Part shown: in pieces, positions 39,301 through 51,640 of the stretch | Position numbering within the stretch: position 1 is the stretch's first letter | Layout: each line of letters begins with the position of its first letter | Origin: Candidatus Thorarchaeota archaeon | GTDB lineage: Archaea > Asgardarchaeota > Thorarchaeia > Thorarchaeales > Thorarchaeaceae | Length of the DNA stretch: 64,000 nucleotides | Direction of reading: 5' to 3' | Assembly (NCBI GenBank): GCA_963726195.1 | Contig: CAVSBO010000003.1 | Coordinates: 576,001 to 640,000, forward strand | Notes under the pieces: model-generated | What the model saw: only the letters and a program-made list of their open reading frames with translations | Databases searched by the model: none | Told to the model about the DNA's origin: nothing | Program-made: the position numbers and the translations under genes

Positions 39301-42300
39301 GGGAGCCTGCAAATAGCAGCTTCCAGACTGCCACGAGGCCACAATGTCAACGGCAGCGTTGTTTGGTCATTGGAACACGGATTATCTGCGGGTCAAACGC
39401 ATGCTGTGATCAGCCTCGGAGACGGAATTCTTCACCAACAATGGGAATACTCTGCTCTATCGCCGCTTTCATTCTCAATACCGTCCTCAGGATTCCCGAA
39501 CGGGGTATACAATCTCACTGTGCGACTAGACAGTCCATACTGCCAGAACCTCAACTTAACAGGACAAGTCGCACTTCTCGAACCCGTAGAGACCTACATC
39601 TCAGCACCAGCTTTCATTCAGGGAAATGTGAATGCGACGCTGAGCGTACCGTGGTCTTTGCGCTACAGCAGTAACGGCAGTAAGGTGCAAGCACAGCAAG
39701 TCAGAATCACTATCAAAGATCAATCAGGGGCTACGGCACTTAACCAATCAGGGGTACTGTCTCCGTTCACCTGGGCTCCTAGTCAAAGAGGGAACTACAG
39801 CTTCATTCTATCGTTCTCGGGCCATGACAGTCTTGAGGGCTCATACTTTGCTGGAGCAATCAGCATCTACGAGAATACGAGAGTAGAGTGGCTGGGGGTG
39901 CAAGTGCAGAACCAGTATTCGAGTGCATTCTATGTGGTGAAGTTGTCTACACAGCGCGGAGTACCGTTGTCGAACCGTACTATACAAGTTACTGTTACGT
40001 CTCCGTCCTCTGCAATAGTCTTGCATACGCAAATGATCACGAACTCGACGGGGTTCGTCAAACTCAGCTTCTCACTGAATGAGAATGGAATCTATCTCTT
40101 GGACGCATCATTCTCAGATTGTGGGTTCCTGATAGGGTGTGCGGCCAACCAAGGTCTTGTGTCTTGGTCGTCCAGTTCGCTAGTTGTAGGCGGGGCGACA
40201 CCCGAAGCATTGGTCCAGACACCGTGGAATCTGTGGGCACAACTATCTGATTCTGGCTCTGCAGCAGTTGCAGGTGCACAGGTGACAGTGAGAATCATAT
40301 TCTTGCCATCAACAGTTGTAGTGCAGCAGACACTAACCACAAACCTGACCGGCTACGTAATGATTCACTGGTCGGGTAACACCGCAGGCACATACAGGTT
40401 CGAAGCGGAGTTCAACGCAACCCTTTCCAGAGGCCATTCCATCAGTTCGGTTGTCTATGAGCTCCGGATTCCTCTGGTTCTTGTTGTGACCGTGGGCGAC
40501 AACCCTCAGGTAGGGCAGGATAACTGGATTGAACTCTCAGCTCTGGATTACAGAGGTTCTCTAGTTACGGGCTTGACGGTGGCGATTGTTGTTAGGGGGC
40601 CGACCGGCCAAGTAGCATATCAGACGACACTAGTGACACAGAACGGGTCAGTTCGTGTGGCATGGCGACCTGGCAACCGAGGAGTCAACACGATACTAGC
40701 CACCGCGGGACGTCAGAACTGGTACGAGAGTGCAGAGAAGGACATCGATGTCGCGGTCATGGAGTCCCCTCAAGTCTCAATCGAAATACCAACATCTCCA
40801 GTCGCCCCGGGTTCCATACTTATTGCAGTAACTGTCAGAGACCAGAATCAGTCTAGGATCCCCAGTGTCTTGGTAACAGTGGCTGCGTCTATTGATGGGC
40901 AAATCATTCTTACTTCTACGAACCTCACTTCCAGTGCAGGCGAAAGTGACTTCCTTCTCCTGATGGGGCACCCGGGCACACTAAGTGTAAACATAACATG
41001 CCCGACACAGGGATGGCTAATTCGAATATCAGTACTGAGTCAGCGTACCGTGCTCGGTCTAACAAGCCTGAGCCTAACGTCACCGGGCCAACCGGTCAAG
41101 CAAGGGTCGCTTGCAGGGATTGTAGTAACATTGACCGACTACTCGGGAAACCCAATTATCGGTGCTCAGATTAACTTCATCATTGGCTGGCCCAATGGAA
41201 CGATCTGTGCATCTGCTTCTAGGACCACCGGGGCTAGCGGAAAGTGTAGTCTAGCATACACTTTCAACACGGTTGGGGATTTCGTGATCAATGCCTCCTT
41301 CGCAGGCGCCGGGCTCCAAGCTCCTTCAAGCCAGTGTGAGCCCCAAAGAGTCTATGTCATTCCCACCGTCGTTATAGTGCACGACCCCTCCTATGTCGTT
41401 GGGCAGAGCATTGACTTGGGCGTCGGGCTGAGAGATGCGCTCGGATACAACATCGCAGGCAGAAGCCTGCTCTTGAGAATCAGCAATGGCAATCAAAGCC
41501 TCTTTCAGACGCAAATCCAGACAGCTGACAGTCTCGCGCACATCTCTTGGACTCCAACGAGTCGAGGACAGATGACTATCTTAGTTGTATTTGCTGGAGA
41601 CACATACTACCTGGCAAACTCAACAACATCCCCAGTGTCTATCATGGAACTCGCCACAGGGACCCTCCTACTGTCTGCGAAGCAGATAGACATGTTCGGA
41701 ACTGTTCAGTTCCAATATTCTCTGACCAGCCAAGGTAGCGTAAGTGGAATTACGGTGCATTTCCAAGTGCTGGATGTCAACTTGGTTCCGGTCTGGACGT
41801 TTGAAGGTACGACGAACAGTTCTGGCATTGTCATGGTGTCATATGCGGCTCAACAAGCGTATGGAATCCTGATGGCCCAGGCCGAGCCGGAAACGGATGA
41901 GTGCTTGTTAGGCGCGGGAACACAGAAGCAGCTGATAGTTGTAACCAATGCTCAGCTGTCCGTAGAATTCGAACCCGAGCCGCCTTGTGCAGGCAACGAA
42001 GTAGACGTGTCAATACGTGTCCAAGATGAGCTTGGATTACCCATAGATGGTATCTCTGTTGTGGTCAAAATCTACGATCCCTACGGACAGCAAGTCAAAC
42101 TGGGATCGATGTCAATGTCAGTCACACTTCAGGTAAGAAACGGGACAGCCCAACTAGCGTTCACGCCTCAATACTCCGGCCTTTACACTCTTGATGCCTC
42201 CTCCTCAGGTTCTGTTGTCGTACACACGTTCCAAAGCACCACACTGCACACGGTGTATTCACTGACATCACTGACGTTGTTCGTTCAGTACCCATGCATG

Positions 42301-44206
42301 GAGGTCGGAACTTGCTTGAGCGTGTCAGTTCGGTTAGCTGATCACAACGGGGTGCCCATGACCGGGCGGACAATCACAATGCAGTTGAATGGGCCAGGTG
42401 GCCGGGTAAAAGGACCAATTGATTCTACGACCAACGCAACAGGATATGGCACATGGATAGTCCAGATGGACGAGATAGGTTTGTGGAAACTCGAAGCGGA
42501 CTTCGCTGGAATCGGAGTATATCTTGCGGCTAGTGCCTCGGCTCAGATTGATGTGAGATACGCCACAGTGCTTGAAGCATCTTTGGCGAGCACTAGCGAG
42601 ATAATCGCAGGCAAGAACCCTGCTCAGCTGCGAATACTTCTCTCTGATTCCGGAGGTACTCCTCTTGAAGGCTTCAGTATTCACTATGAGGTCTATCATG
42701 AGTCCATCGGGCTTTGCGTTGAGGGAGACATCATACAGGTGGGACAGAGCCCTCTTCTCCTCAACTTGGCTCTTCCCTTGGCTGGCAACTACACGACCAT
42801 AGTATCATTCGCCGGGACAATTCACTATCTGCCTTCATCAGCCGCCGTGAGTATGTGGGCGCGAGGAACCACAAACATCAGAATCCAGTGCCCTGCCAGA
42901 ACGGACAGATCAGAAAACTCGCAATTGGTAATTGGGGTCTTCGACGAATCAGGCTCTGAGATGAGTATTGAGGGTCTCGGTCTCCAGATTCAGACTGACT
43001 GGCTCCAACGGATCGATTACCCTCACGGGTCTTTCTCAAGTTAAAGGTTCAGAGTTGATCATACGCTTGAGAGGATTTGCTCTTGGAGACTATCACCTTA
43101 CTGCTGCCGTTCCGGACTCCAGACTGCGGCTGGGATGCTCAGCGCAATTCAATTTCACGGTGTATACTGCTGGCACTATTATCATGAAAGAAAGGGCAAT
43201 GCCGGGAGTACTTGGCCGACAACACTCTGTCGTTTTCTTACTTGTCGATTCTCTCGGTGATGCTATGCCCGGCATGACGGCCTTCGTTAGCCTATACGAC
43301 CCGAAGGGTCGGGAGATTTACGGTAGTCCACTTACAACAAGGACACCAGTTCTTACCAGTGTTGCTGGGACCCGGATTGAATGGACACCATCAGAGCTCG
43401 GCAACTACACATTGGTGCTTGCCTTCGAAGGAGACTCGTACAGGCTTGGTGCATCAGAGCAGATCGTGATTCTGACGCGTTATGAATCCAACTTGGACCT
43501 GATGATTCCGAGTCAGATAACCTATGGTGATGCATTGTCCATCCAAGTGACGTTGTCTGGACCGACGTCAAGAATACAGGGGGCCCAGGTCGTCATCATC
43601 GTAAGTCTTGGAGGAATCGAGGAGAGACAAGTCTCTGTCCTGACGGACTTGGCCGGCAGGGCAACTGTAAGCATCCAAGCATTGGGCGCCGGCAATCATA
43701 CTGTGCTCGTCGCATACGGGGGATCTTCAACGTTCAATGCATGCACAAAGTCAGTCGGTCTGGCTGTTCTTCCGGTGGTGTCAATGAAAGTGACAGGCAG
43801 TTCAGACGTTGTCTTGGGATTTAGCTGCACGTTGACCATAGAGTATCAAATAGCCGGGATTGAATCGGATTGGACAGGCACCCTCATCATCGTCGCATTA
43901 GAACCGGATGGCAGTCTCGTGAGCGATTGGACGTTTCGGGCTGCAATGAATGGGTCACAGCCAGTCACATTCTTACCAGAGAAACAAGGAGTCTATCACC
44001 TCAACGTCACATTTCTTGGTCTGCCAGTGCTTGGGGCAGAAAGCAAGACATTCGCATTCTCCGTTACAGAGTCTTCTCCAATTCGGCTTGATGAGAGCAC
44101 CGTTTCGATAGTATCCGAGATAGGCATCGTAGCAGGAGTAGCCCTGTTCTTGAACAGGAGACTCAAACGGATGGAATCGCTGTTGCCTGGAGAATGGGAA
44201 TCCTAG
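36391..44206 (+). CDS. Giant (~2600 aa) cell-surface protein: signal peptide, prenyltransferase/squalene-cyclase-type repeats, many Ig-like repeats and C-terminal TM; four frameshifts (~36935, ~37545, ~38157, ~42987)
   Basis: Five consecutive overlapping + strand ORFs join by single-base shifts. Repeats EDAGGGF, SNGDGSY, NQLPSGGFG and CQDSSGHY; Ig-like repeats such as TNSTG...GxYxxxAxFxG; C-terminal IGIVAGVALFLNRRLKR. Confidence 0.8.
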
Positions 44207-44220
44207 AAGGGACTCGTCAA

Positions 44221-46242
44221 TCACAAATCACCGACTTCTTCTCCACCAGATGCCGGTAGCCGAATCTGGGATAGCAAGTCGCTTACATCCTCATCCCATG
44301 TGCCGTCCTCTTTGAGGAGCCTCTGATAGAGCGTGCTCATGTACCCACGGTAGGAAGTGACGCGTTGGCAACGAAGGCTAATGTCATGCTCCATTGCCCG
44401 CTCTTCAAGAGAGACTGCAAGCCTATGCGCAGACCTTTCCGGCACTCGAGACGCGATGTAGCATTTTCGTCCGTCGCCGCCTATCTCGACAGAGGATGAT
44501 GGCGTATGAAGCAGAAATGCTCTTGCCAAGCTGCATACTTGTTCAGGAGGACCGTCTGCGACGGTGAATATCGAATCGACGCCCAAGGGGTTCGTACTGT
44601 ACTGCAAGCGTATGACGCCTTCATCCCTCAACGAAGACAACGTGCTCTCCAGTTTCCGCCGGTCAATACCCACTGAGCGCAGATACGACTCCTGCTCACA
44701 GGCCGAGAGAAACATCTTAGTTGACACCACATCGAGGACCTTGGCCTCTGTCAAAGTTGGATGATGGGACACGCCCTGCCTCACGCCAAATTCGCTCTTC
44801 AGCCTCTGAAGTGTCCTCGTCTCACCCATCGAGTTCAGTATCTTGGTGCTGCCTATCGTCCATTCTCTCCTCTTTGTGCTGTAAAGCCCCAGGTTCACGG
44901 ATTTGGCTGAGAAGTCAATCTCCACAACCGTCGGCCTTACCCTCCGGACACGCTCGACCGCTGCAGGCGGCATGACCATGAGATGCACGTAGGGGGGTTT
45001 TTCGCTAGCGAATCCAAGTCGGGCGGTCCATGCAAGGTGTCTGTGAGGCCATCTGTGTGCTGTGCCGACATAAACAAGATTGCGCAGCCCAAGTGCGTTA
45101 TTGTTGACCTGAGCCCTGAGCCTCAGCCCGTGCACTAACATAGCAAGCCTATCACCCCAAGCTCTAACGGATGCGCGAGCATCCGACTTTGACACGGGAA
45201 GACGTGTGAGAATCCTGCCCGATGAGTTCAGGGTCTCCGCATAGTCATTGACTCTATCGACCCAGTTGGGTATCTGCTCTATGATCTCGTACAACGCTAC
45301 TAGCCAAGCGCTCCCCCGAATCGGTTCAGGTATCTCCATTCGCCCGGTACGGAGTTGACCCATGTCCGCTTCTCTCATAATCCTGACGTATTCCGGAGGA
45401 GCGACTCCGTCAACTCTACACTGGATGTGAGCAAAGGTGAGCCGCCTAAGAAGAGAGTGAGGAAGGAGTTCCTTCCCTAAGTCGACCGGGTCTTTCTTGG
45501 GAATCCTGTTCTTCGTGACCCAAGCTAAGAACGCCATGATTTCTTCTCTGGCTTGCGGTGGGAAGGAATTAGGTACCAATTGCTCAGTGAGCTCACGCAT
45601 AGTCTTTCCCCTGTGAAGACCGGGAATCTCGACTCCCTGTGTAAGACTAGCAATCGACTTCCAGGAAGGAGCAGGGCCGGCCAACAACTTGCGGGTTTGT
45701 TCTAGCACTTCCTCTTTGTCGTCGGACTCTGTAGAGGCTTCTATCGACCAGAAGTACTCCGAATCCTCTTCCAATGCCAGCATGGCCAACTCGTAAGGTC
45801 TTATCGTGTGCGACTCGTGAATCGCGCCAGTCTCAGGGTCAAAGATAGTGAGCCAATATGCCGGGGCCCCCACAATTTGCTGAACCCCGTACTGCGTATC
45901 GTATCTGTGACTGACGAGTCTAGATGTCCAACCGCGACTGCTCGGTGGATACATGTCGTCGACAATCGCACTGACCACTCGATCTTCGTATCCTCTGCGA
46001 ACCATCATTAGCGGTTTCATTCTGGCAGTAAGCGGCTTAGGGAGCTGCCGCGCCCCCGACACTCCAGGCTGACTTAGAAGAACTTCCTCGTGCAGGGTCA
46101 AAGCCATGTTCTGTGATTCTTCGACAATCTCGCCGGTCTGAAGAAAGACTCTTGGTCCTGACTCGGACCACCTCAGAACGCCCCATGCGCGTCCATAGTG
46201 GGGACCCTGCAACTCGACTTTGAGTTCTCTGATGTCAGGCAT
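44221..46242 (-). CDS. Large hypothetical protein with Lrp/AsnC-like wHTH plus alpha/beta C-terminal region (paralog of 33572-35530)
   Basis: VGIDRRKLESTLSSLRDEGVIRLQY HTH-like segment; shares C-terminal motifs with 33572-35530; start placed at MPDIRE. Confidence 0.7.
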   Translation of the reverse strand: MPDIRELKVELQGPHYGRAWGVLRWSESGPRVFLQTGEIVEESQNMALTLHEEVLLSQPGVSGARQLPKPLTARMKPLMMVRRGYEDRVVSAIVDDMYPPSSRGWTSRLVSHRYDTQYGVQQIVGAPAYWLTIFDPETGAIHESHTIRPYELAMLALEEDSEYFWSIEASTESDDKEEVLEQTRKLLAGPAPSWKSIASLTQGVEIPGLHRGKTMRELTEQLVPNSFPPQAREEIMAFLAWVTKNRIPKKDPVDLGKELLPHSLLRRLTFAHIQCRVDGVAPPEYVRIMREADMGQLRTGRMEIPEPIRGSAWLVALYEIIEQIPNWVDRVNDYAETLNSSGRILTRLPVSKSDARASVRAWGDRLAMLVHGLRLRAQVNNNALGLRNLVYVGTAHRWPHRHLAWTARLGFASEKPPYVHLMVMPPAAVERVRRVRPTVVEIDFSAKSVNLGLYSTKRREWTIGSTKILNSMGETRTLQRLKSEFGVRQGVSHHPTLTEAKVLDVVSTKMFLSACEQESYLRSVGIDRRKLESTLSSLRDEGVIRLQYSTNPLGVDSIFTVADGPPEQVCSLARAFLLHTPSSSVEIGGDGRKCYIASRVPERSAHRLAVSLEERAMEHDISLRCQRVTSYRGYMSTLYQRLLKEDGTWDEDVSDLLSQIRLPASGGEEVGDL

Positions 46243-46393
46243 TCTAGCTGTTCCGGACTGTTGTCTTGAGAATGGAGTGAATATGCACTGTGGAAACATC
46301 AAAGAGAAGGCAACCCCTCAATTTCCGGAACCAGAATTGACAGTTGATAGAATCAGGGCAAGGCTCATGAGAGCCACTGTATCGAATCTCATT

Positions 46394-46962
46394 ATGGAAA
46401 TCAAAACCGTCTACTTCGATGAAGCCTCGCCTGAGCACACTGATCGCGTGATTTCAACAGTGCATGAATTCATGCAACGTAACAAAACCGTGGAGCACAT
46501 TGTAGTTGCCACAACCGAGGGTTCAACCGGGCTCGCAGTAGCCAAGGCATTTCAGGACAAGAAGGTGGTCGTTGTCACCCACTCCTACGGATTCGCCGCG
46601 CCGGGTGAAAACGAGCTGAGTGATGAAAACAGGGCGGCAATTGAAGAGCTCGGAGCGAGAGTGTTGACTACAACTCATGCTTTCGCAGGTGTTCTCGAGG
46701 AATTCGCAAGGCCTTGAATACCTATCAGACTCCCGAGGTGCTCGCTGTTGCATACCGAACATTCGGTCAAGGTACGAAAGTGGCAGCAGAAATTGCGATG
46801 ATGGCCGCGGACTCAGGCCTTGTGCCAGTGGACAAGGACGTAATCTGCATTGCTGGCACCGGACGAGGGGCTGATACAGCTTGGCTGGTTCAACCTACGT
46901 ACACCAGCAGTTTCACAGAGCTCAGGATGAGAGCTTGCTTGTGCAAGCCGTTGGATTTCTAA
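46394..46962 (+). CDS. Pyruvate kinase C-terminal-like alpha/beta domain protein (COG1751/MTH1675-like), frameshift at ~46694
   Basis: TVYF, IVVATTEGSTG, VVVTHSYGF, THAFAGV|SRGIRK, TFGQGTKVAAEIAMMAADSG and GTGRGADTA; one T missing from a T run. Confidence 0.88.
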
Positions 46963-48022
46963 CCAAACACCTGTTGAAACCTTTGAAGATACTCCTCTTG
47001 CTCCTTTGTAAGATGCTTGGGCACTCGTATGTTCACGCGGACAAGCTGATCTCCTTTCCTTCCATCAGCGGCATGAACACCTTTCTCCTTCATCCGTAGG
47101 ACGGTTCCGGACTGTGTCCCCTTCGCCACTTTGATCTTGCTGTTGCCATACATGGTCGGAACTTCGACTTCTCCACCAAGTACCGCAACGGAATACGGTA
47201 TCTCGTTCTCTAGGTAGACGTGGAGACCACGCCTCATGAAAACCTCATGTGGTTCTACGCTGAATACCACGATAAGGTCCCCCGGTGGACCTCTCCTCTC
47301 TCCCGCGTTGCCGCCGCCCGGATTCGCTGGTACATTCCATCCTCGACCCCTGCTGGAACTGGTATTCGGACTTCTCTTCGTTCCTTCATCACGCCAGTGC
47401 CTTTGCACTTGGCGCATGGCGACCCGATGCTCTGACCGAGCCCGCCGCAGGTCGGACATGTCTGAGCCATCGTTATGAAACCGGACATCTGTCTTATGAC
47501 CTGACCCCGCCCCCCGCATGTCTTGCAGCGGACAGGCGAGAATCCAAGCTTGGCACCCGAGCCATTACAGGTGTCGCATTTCACAAGACGTTGAAATGCG
47601 ATTTGTTTCTCGGTTCCGAAGAAAGCCTCTTCGAATGTGACGCTTATGTTGACTCTCAAATTGCCTCCAGGCGGCGGACCAGCACGACCTGTTCCAAAGT
47701 CACCGAATCCTCCGAATCCTGAGAAGTCCCTGAAAAGCTGACTGAATATGTCTCCGAATCCGGTGTCTGCATTCCAGTTGATGCCTTGAAAGTCAGTCGT
47801 CCCATATCTGTCATAGGTAGCCCTTTTCTGAGGATCACCTAGGATTTCGTATGCCTGATTGATTCTCTTCAGCTTCTCTTCTGCCTGCTTGTCGCCGGGG
47901 TGTAAGTCAGGATGGTATTCTTTTGCGAGGTGTCTATAGGCTTTCTTGATTTCCTCATCTGACGCACTGCGGCTTACGCCCAAGATATCATAGTAGTCGT
48001 CAGGCTCGGACAACGGAGTCAC
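46959..48022 (-). CDS. dnaJ: Chaperone DnaJ (frameshift at ~47320)
   Basis: J domain DYYDILGV...YHPD, G/F region, four CxxCxGxG repeats and C-terminal GPPGDL...GDQLVRV; one G missing from a G run. Confidence 0.95.
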
Positions 48023-48037
48023 CTTTGGCAGGCAATC

Positions 48038-49948
48038 TCAGCTGCCCAGATCTTCGAAGTCTACATCTACGGCGTCCTCTTCTTCATCTGACGGCTTCTT
48101 TCCCGGCGGGGGCTTGGGCTTCTTGGAACGCCCTCCTCGCGGAGCGGCAGCCGGGCCTTCACCATATCCCGGTCCACCAGGTCCTTGATAGCTTGGTCCA
48201 CCTGGTCCACCGGGTCCGGCAGATGCATAGATCTTCTCGCTGATCTTGAAGATAACCTGCTGGAGAGCGTCTGTTCCCGATTTGATGTTCTCGAAATCGT
48301 CACTCTGCATAGTCTTCCTCAGCGCATCGGATTTACTTTGAAGCTCTTTCTTCAAATCGTCTGGGACTTTGTCCCCGAATTCCTTCACCAGCTTCTCCCC
48401 CTGGTAAATCATCTGATCGGCGTTGTTCTTCGCTTCAATCTGTGCCCGGAGCTTGGTATCATCCCGAGCGTAGCGTTCCGAATCCTTAACCATTCTCTGG
48501 ACATCGGCGTCTGACAGATTTGTCGTTGCCGTGATTCTAATCGATTGCTTGTTGCCAGTCGCCATATCCTTGGCCGTCACGTTCACTATACCATTCGCGT
48601 CAATGTCGAATGCAACCTCAATTTGGGGCATGCCACGAGGCGCAGGGGGTATCCCGAGAAGCTGGAATCGCCCCAGCGTCGTGTTGTCTTTGGATAGAGG
48701 TCTCTCTCCTTGAGTGACGTGAATCTCCACTCCAGTCTGCCCGTCCGCTGCCGTGGTGAAGATCTTGCTCTTTCTGGTTGGAATGGTAGTATTGCGCTCA
48801 ATCAAAGGAGTTGCTACCCCACCGAGAGTCTCGACAGCCAAGGTGAGGGGCGTAACGTCGAGCAGGACAATGTCTTTGACTTCCCCAGAGAGTACTCCGC
48901 CCTGAGCTGCGGCCCCAAGTGCCACGCATTCGTCCGGGTTGATCGTCTTGTCGCCCTCTTTGCCGAAAGTGTCTCTGACACTCTTCGCAACCTGCGGCAA
49001 CCGGGTTGTTCCGCCCACAAGCAGAATCTTGTCAATCTGCTCCGGCTCCAACTTTGCGTCAACGAGTGCCTGTCTCAAAGGTGGAAGAGTAGCCTGCATT
49101 AGATCCTCAGTCAGCTGCTCGAATTTCGAACGAGTCAAATCAAGATGGATGTTCTTTGCTCCCGAGGCATCAGACGTAATGTAGGGGATATCAATCGTTG
49201 TCTGCATGACCGTCGAAAGTTCAATCTTGGCTTGTTCGGCAGCATCAAGAATCCGCTGCATTGCTGAGGCATTCTTCGTAATGTCAGTCTTGGTTGACCT
49301 CTTGAACTCAGAGACTATCCAATCAACGATCTTCTGGTCAAAGTCGTCACCGCCAAGGCGAAGGTTACCGTTAGTCGAGAGAACTTGGTACACGTTCTCA
49401 CCGATGTCAAGTATTGTTACATCGAACGTCCCTCCGCCGAAGTCGTAGACTAAGACTTTCATTTCCTTGCCTTTGTCAATACCATAAGCGAGGGCGGCTG
49501 CAGTGGGTTCGTTGATAATGCGTAGGACGTCTAGCCCCGCAATCTTACCTGCGTCCTTGGTTGCCTGCCTTTGACTGTCATTGAAGTATGCGGGTACGGT
49601 GATTACAGCCTGCGTAATCTTCTCTCCAAGAAATGACTCAGCATCCGTCTTCACCTTGCGCAGTATCATTGCTGAGATTTCCTGAGGTGTATACTGCTGG
49701 TCACCAATCTTCACTTTGTAGTCTTGGCCCATCTTTCTCTTTATGGAATGCACAGTACGGTCAGCCATCGAAACGGCTTGCCTCTTCGCCATCTCTCCGA
49801 CAATGATCTCTCCATTCTCCTTGATGCCCACGACCGAAGGAGTGATACGCTTGCCCTCGGCATTGATGATCATCGTGGGTCTGCCTCCCTCAAGGTAAGC
49901 CATTCGTGTGTTAGTAGTCCCAAGATCGATGCCAACTATCTTTCCCAT
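48038..49948 (-). CDS. dnaK: Chaperone DnaK (Hsp70)
   Basis: [45 protein letters not shown] and [10 protein letters not shown]. Confidence 0.98.
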   Translation of the reverse strand: MGKIVGIDLGTTNTRMAYLEGGRPTMIINAEGKRITPSVVGIKENGEIIVGEMAKRQAVSMADRTVHSIKRKMGQDYKVKIGDQQYTPQEISAMILRKVKTDAESFLGEKITQAVITVPAYFNDSQRQATKDAGKIAGLDVLRIINEPTAAALAYGIDKGKEMKVLVYDFGGGTFDVTILDIGENVYQVLSTNGNLRLGGDDFDQKIVDWIVSEFKRSTKTDITKNASAMQRILDAAEQAKIELSTVMQTTIDIPYITSDASGAKNIHLDLTRSKFEQLTEDLMQATLPPLRQALVDAKLEPEQIDKILLVGGTTRLPQVAKSVRDTFGKEGDKTINPDECVALGAAAQGGVLSGEVKDIVLLDVTPLTLAVETLGGVATPLIERNTTIPTRKSKIFTTAADGQTGVEIHVTQGERPLSKDNTTLGRFQLLGIPPAPRGMPQIEVAFDIDANGIVNVTAKDMATGNKQSIRITATTNLSDADVQRMVKDSERYARDDTKLRAQIEAKNNADQMIYQGEKLVKEFGDKVPDDLKKELQSKSDALRKTMQSDDFENIKSGTDALQQVIFKISEKIYASAGPGGPGGPSYQGPGGPGYGEGPAAAPRGGRSKKPKPPPGKKPSDEEEDAVDVDFEDLGS

Positions 49949-49950
49949 TT

Positions 49951-50559
49951 CTATTCATCTCCTGCCTTTGAGATACCCTCTCTGTCTTCTGATTCTTTTT
50001 CTACTTCAACAGGGGTCTCGTGCTTGTTGACGCATACTAGTGCTGGACGAAGGACCTTCTCCTTCAACATGTATCCTCGCTTGTATTCCTCCACGACGAT
50101 GTTGTCGGGTTTGTTTGGATCATATGTGCACTGAACAGCGTGCTGGTAGTAAGAATCGAAGGGTTTGCCAACCGAGTCTATTGGCTGGACACCTTCTTGT
50201 GAGAGCATCTTCGCCAGATTGGCACGTATGCCCGCAATTCCCTTCATCGTGGCCTCAGGATCTTTTGCGGAGTCAGCCTGCAATGCCCTGTCAAGGTCGT
50301 CCAGCACGTCTACAACTTTGAGCAGGACACCCTCGCTGGCGAATTTCGTGACCTCCGCATATCTGCTCTCAGTCCGCTTCTTGTAGTTCTCGAAATCTGC
50401 CTGCTGTCTTTTCAGCCGCTCAACGAGATCCTCATTTCTCAATCTCTCAATCTCAAGTGGGTCTTCGAGAACTATCTCGAAAGCCTCGGCCTGAGATTCG
50501 GTAGCAGTTGCTTCCGACGCTTGTTCTGTGCTCTGATCTCCTTTCTTCTTCCTAACCAT
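49951..50559 (-). CDS. grpE: Nucleotide exchange factor GrpE
   Basis: [22 protein letters not shown]...HAV and [14 protein letters not shown]; directly upstream of dnaK. Confidence 0.95.
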   Translation of the reverse strand: MVRKKKGDQSTEQASEATATESQAEAFEIVLEDPLEIERLRNEDLVERLKRQQADFENYKKRTESRYAEVTKFASEGVLLKVVDVLDDLDRALQADSAKDPEATMKGIAGIRANLAKMLSQEGVQPIDSVGKPFDSYYQHAVQCTYDPNKPDNIVVEEYKRGYMLKEKVLRPALVCVNKHETPVEVEKESEDREGISKAGDE

Positions 50560-50784
50560 CGGAGTCTCCTCCGCCTATCTAGGAATACCCCTGCGATGCA
50601 AGCTGTACAGAAGCATCCCGAGTTCTAAGCCTCGGTCAATAGTACCGATGACTGCGCCGTTGTACTCGCCGGTGACTCTCCGGCGGACTGTCAGCTGTAA
50701 GAAGAAAAGCTTTCGACATGATGCAGCTGGCAACGAGGATGGCCTCGCAGAAAAGCAGTCACCCAGTTCCATCCACGACCGAAA

Positions 50785-51561
50785 ATGACATCTTGTGAGA
50801 TGAGAGCATTCCTGACCATGCCTCCGCGCGACAACATCCGACAGGCGCGACAACTTGTCGATGAAGCCACGAGAATATCGGCCCTCACCGGAGCTGGCAT
50901 AAGCGTCGCATCAGGAGTACCAGACTTCAGATCCGAGGGTGGGCTGTGGAAGAGGTACGACCCTCTCGAATTCGCCACTTATGAAAGCTTCCTCAGCGAC
51001 CCAGCTAGGTTTTGGACCATGGGCCGAGAACTGGCCGAGGTTTTTCTCAAAGCAGTGCCAAATGCGGCACACAGTTCCCTAGCAAGACTCGAGGAGCAGG
51101 GCAGACTGATCGGCGTGATAACGCAGAACATCGACAACCTACATCAAGCTGCGGGAAGCAAGAACGTAATCGAACTGCATGGCAACTATCTCAGGGCGTA
51201 TTGCATGACCTGCGGAAAGCTGTACGTAGGAGAGGGTGTGCATCGGCGAGTTGCTCAGGGTGAGATACCACCCAAGTGTGACAATTGTGGCGGTGTTCTA
51301 AAGTCGGAGGCTGTCCTTTTTGGCGAACCTCTGCCCCAAGATGCAATGCGGAAAGCTGTGGAGGTGTGTCGTAGAACTGACTTGATGCTGGTGATTGGCA
51401 CAAGTTTGCAGGTCTATCCTGCGGCGTATCTTCCTGAACTCGCAAAGAAGTCAGGAGCTAAACTAATCATCATCGATCTCGAAGGCAGGACGGACTCAGC
51501 AGATCTTGTTATCAAAGGAAAGGCCACCGATGTTGTTCCCAGAGTATTGGGATTGCAGTAG
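50785..51561 (+). CDS. cobB: Sir2-family NAD-dependent protein deacylase
   Basis: TGAGISVASGVPDFR, PNAAH, ITQNIDNLHQAAG, ELHG, CxxC/CxxC, VLFGE and IGTSLQVYPAA; true start may be 50818. Confidence 0.93.
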   Translation: MTSCEMRAFLTMPPRDNIRQARQLVDEATRISALTGAGISVASGVPDFRSEGGLWKRYDPLEFATYESFLSDPARFWTMGRELAEVFLKAVPNAAHSSLARLEEQGRLIGVITQNIDNLHQAAGSKNVIELHGNYLRAYCMTCGKLYVGEGVHRRVAQGEIPPKCDNCGGVLKSEAVLFGEPLPQDAMRKAVEVCRRTDLMLVIGTSLQVYPAAYLPELAKKSGAKLIIIDLEGRTDSADLVIKGKATDVVPRVLGLQ

Positions 51562-51640
51562 CTGTACTGCAAACAGCTCAATGAGTCACTCAGCATAATG
51601 CGAAGTCTTAAGCCGTGTGAGTCATTTCTCAGCAAATACG

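Noticed and set aside
36391-44206. Alpha-2-macroglobulin/thioester protein or true squalene-hopene cyclase
   Set aside because: No CGEQ thioester motif and no DxDD cyclase motif were seen in the helical region.
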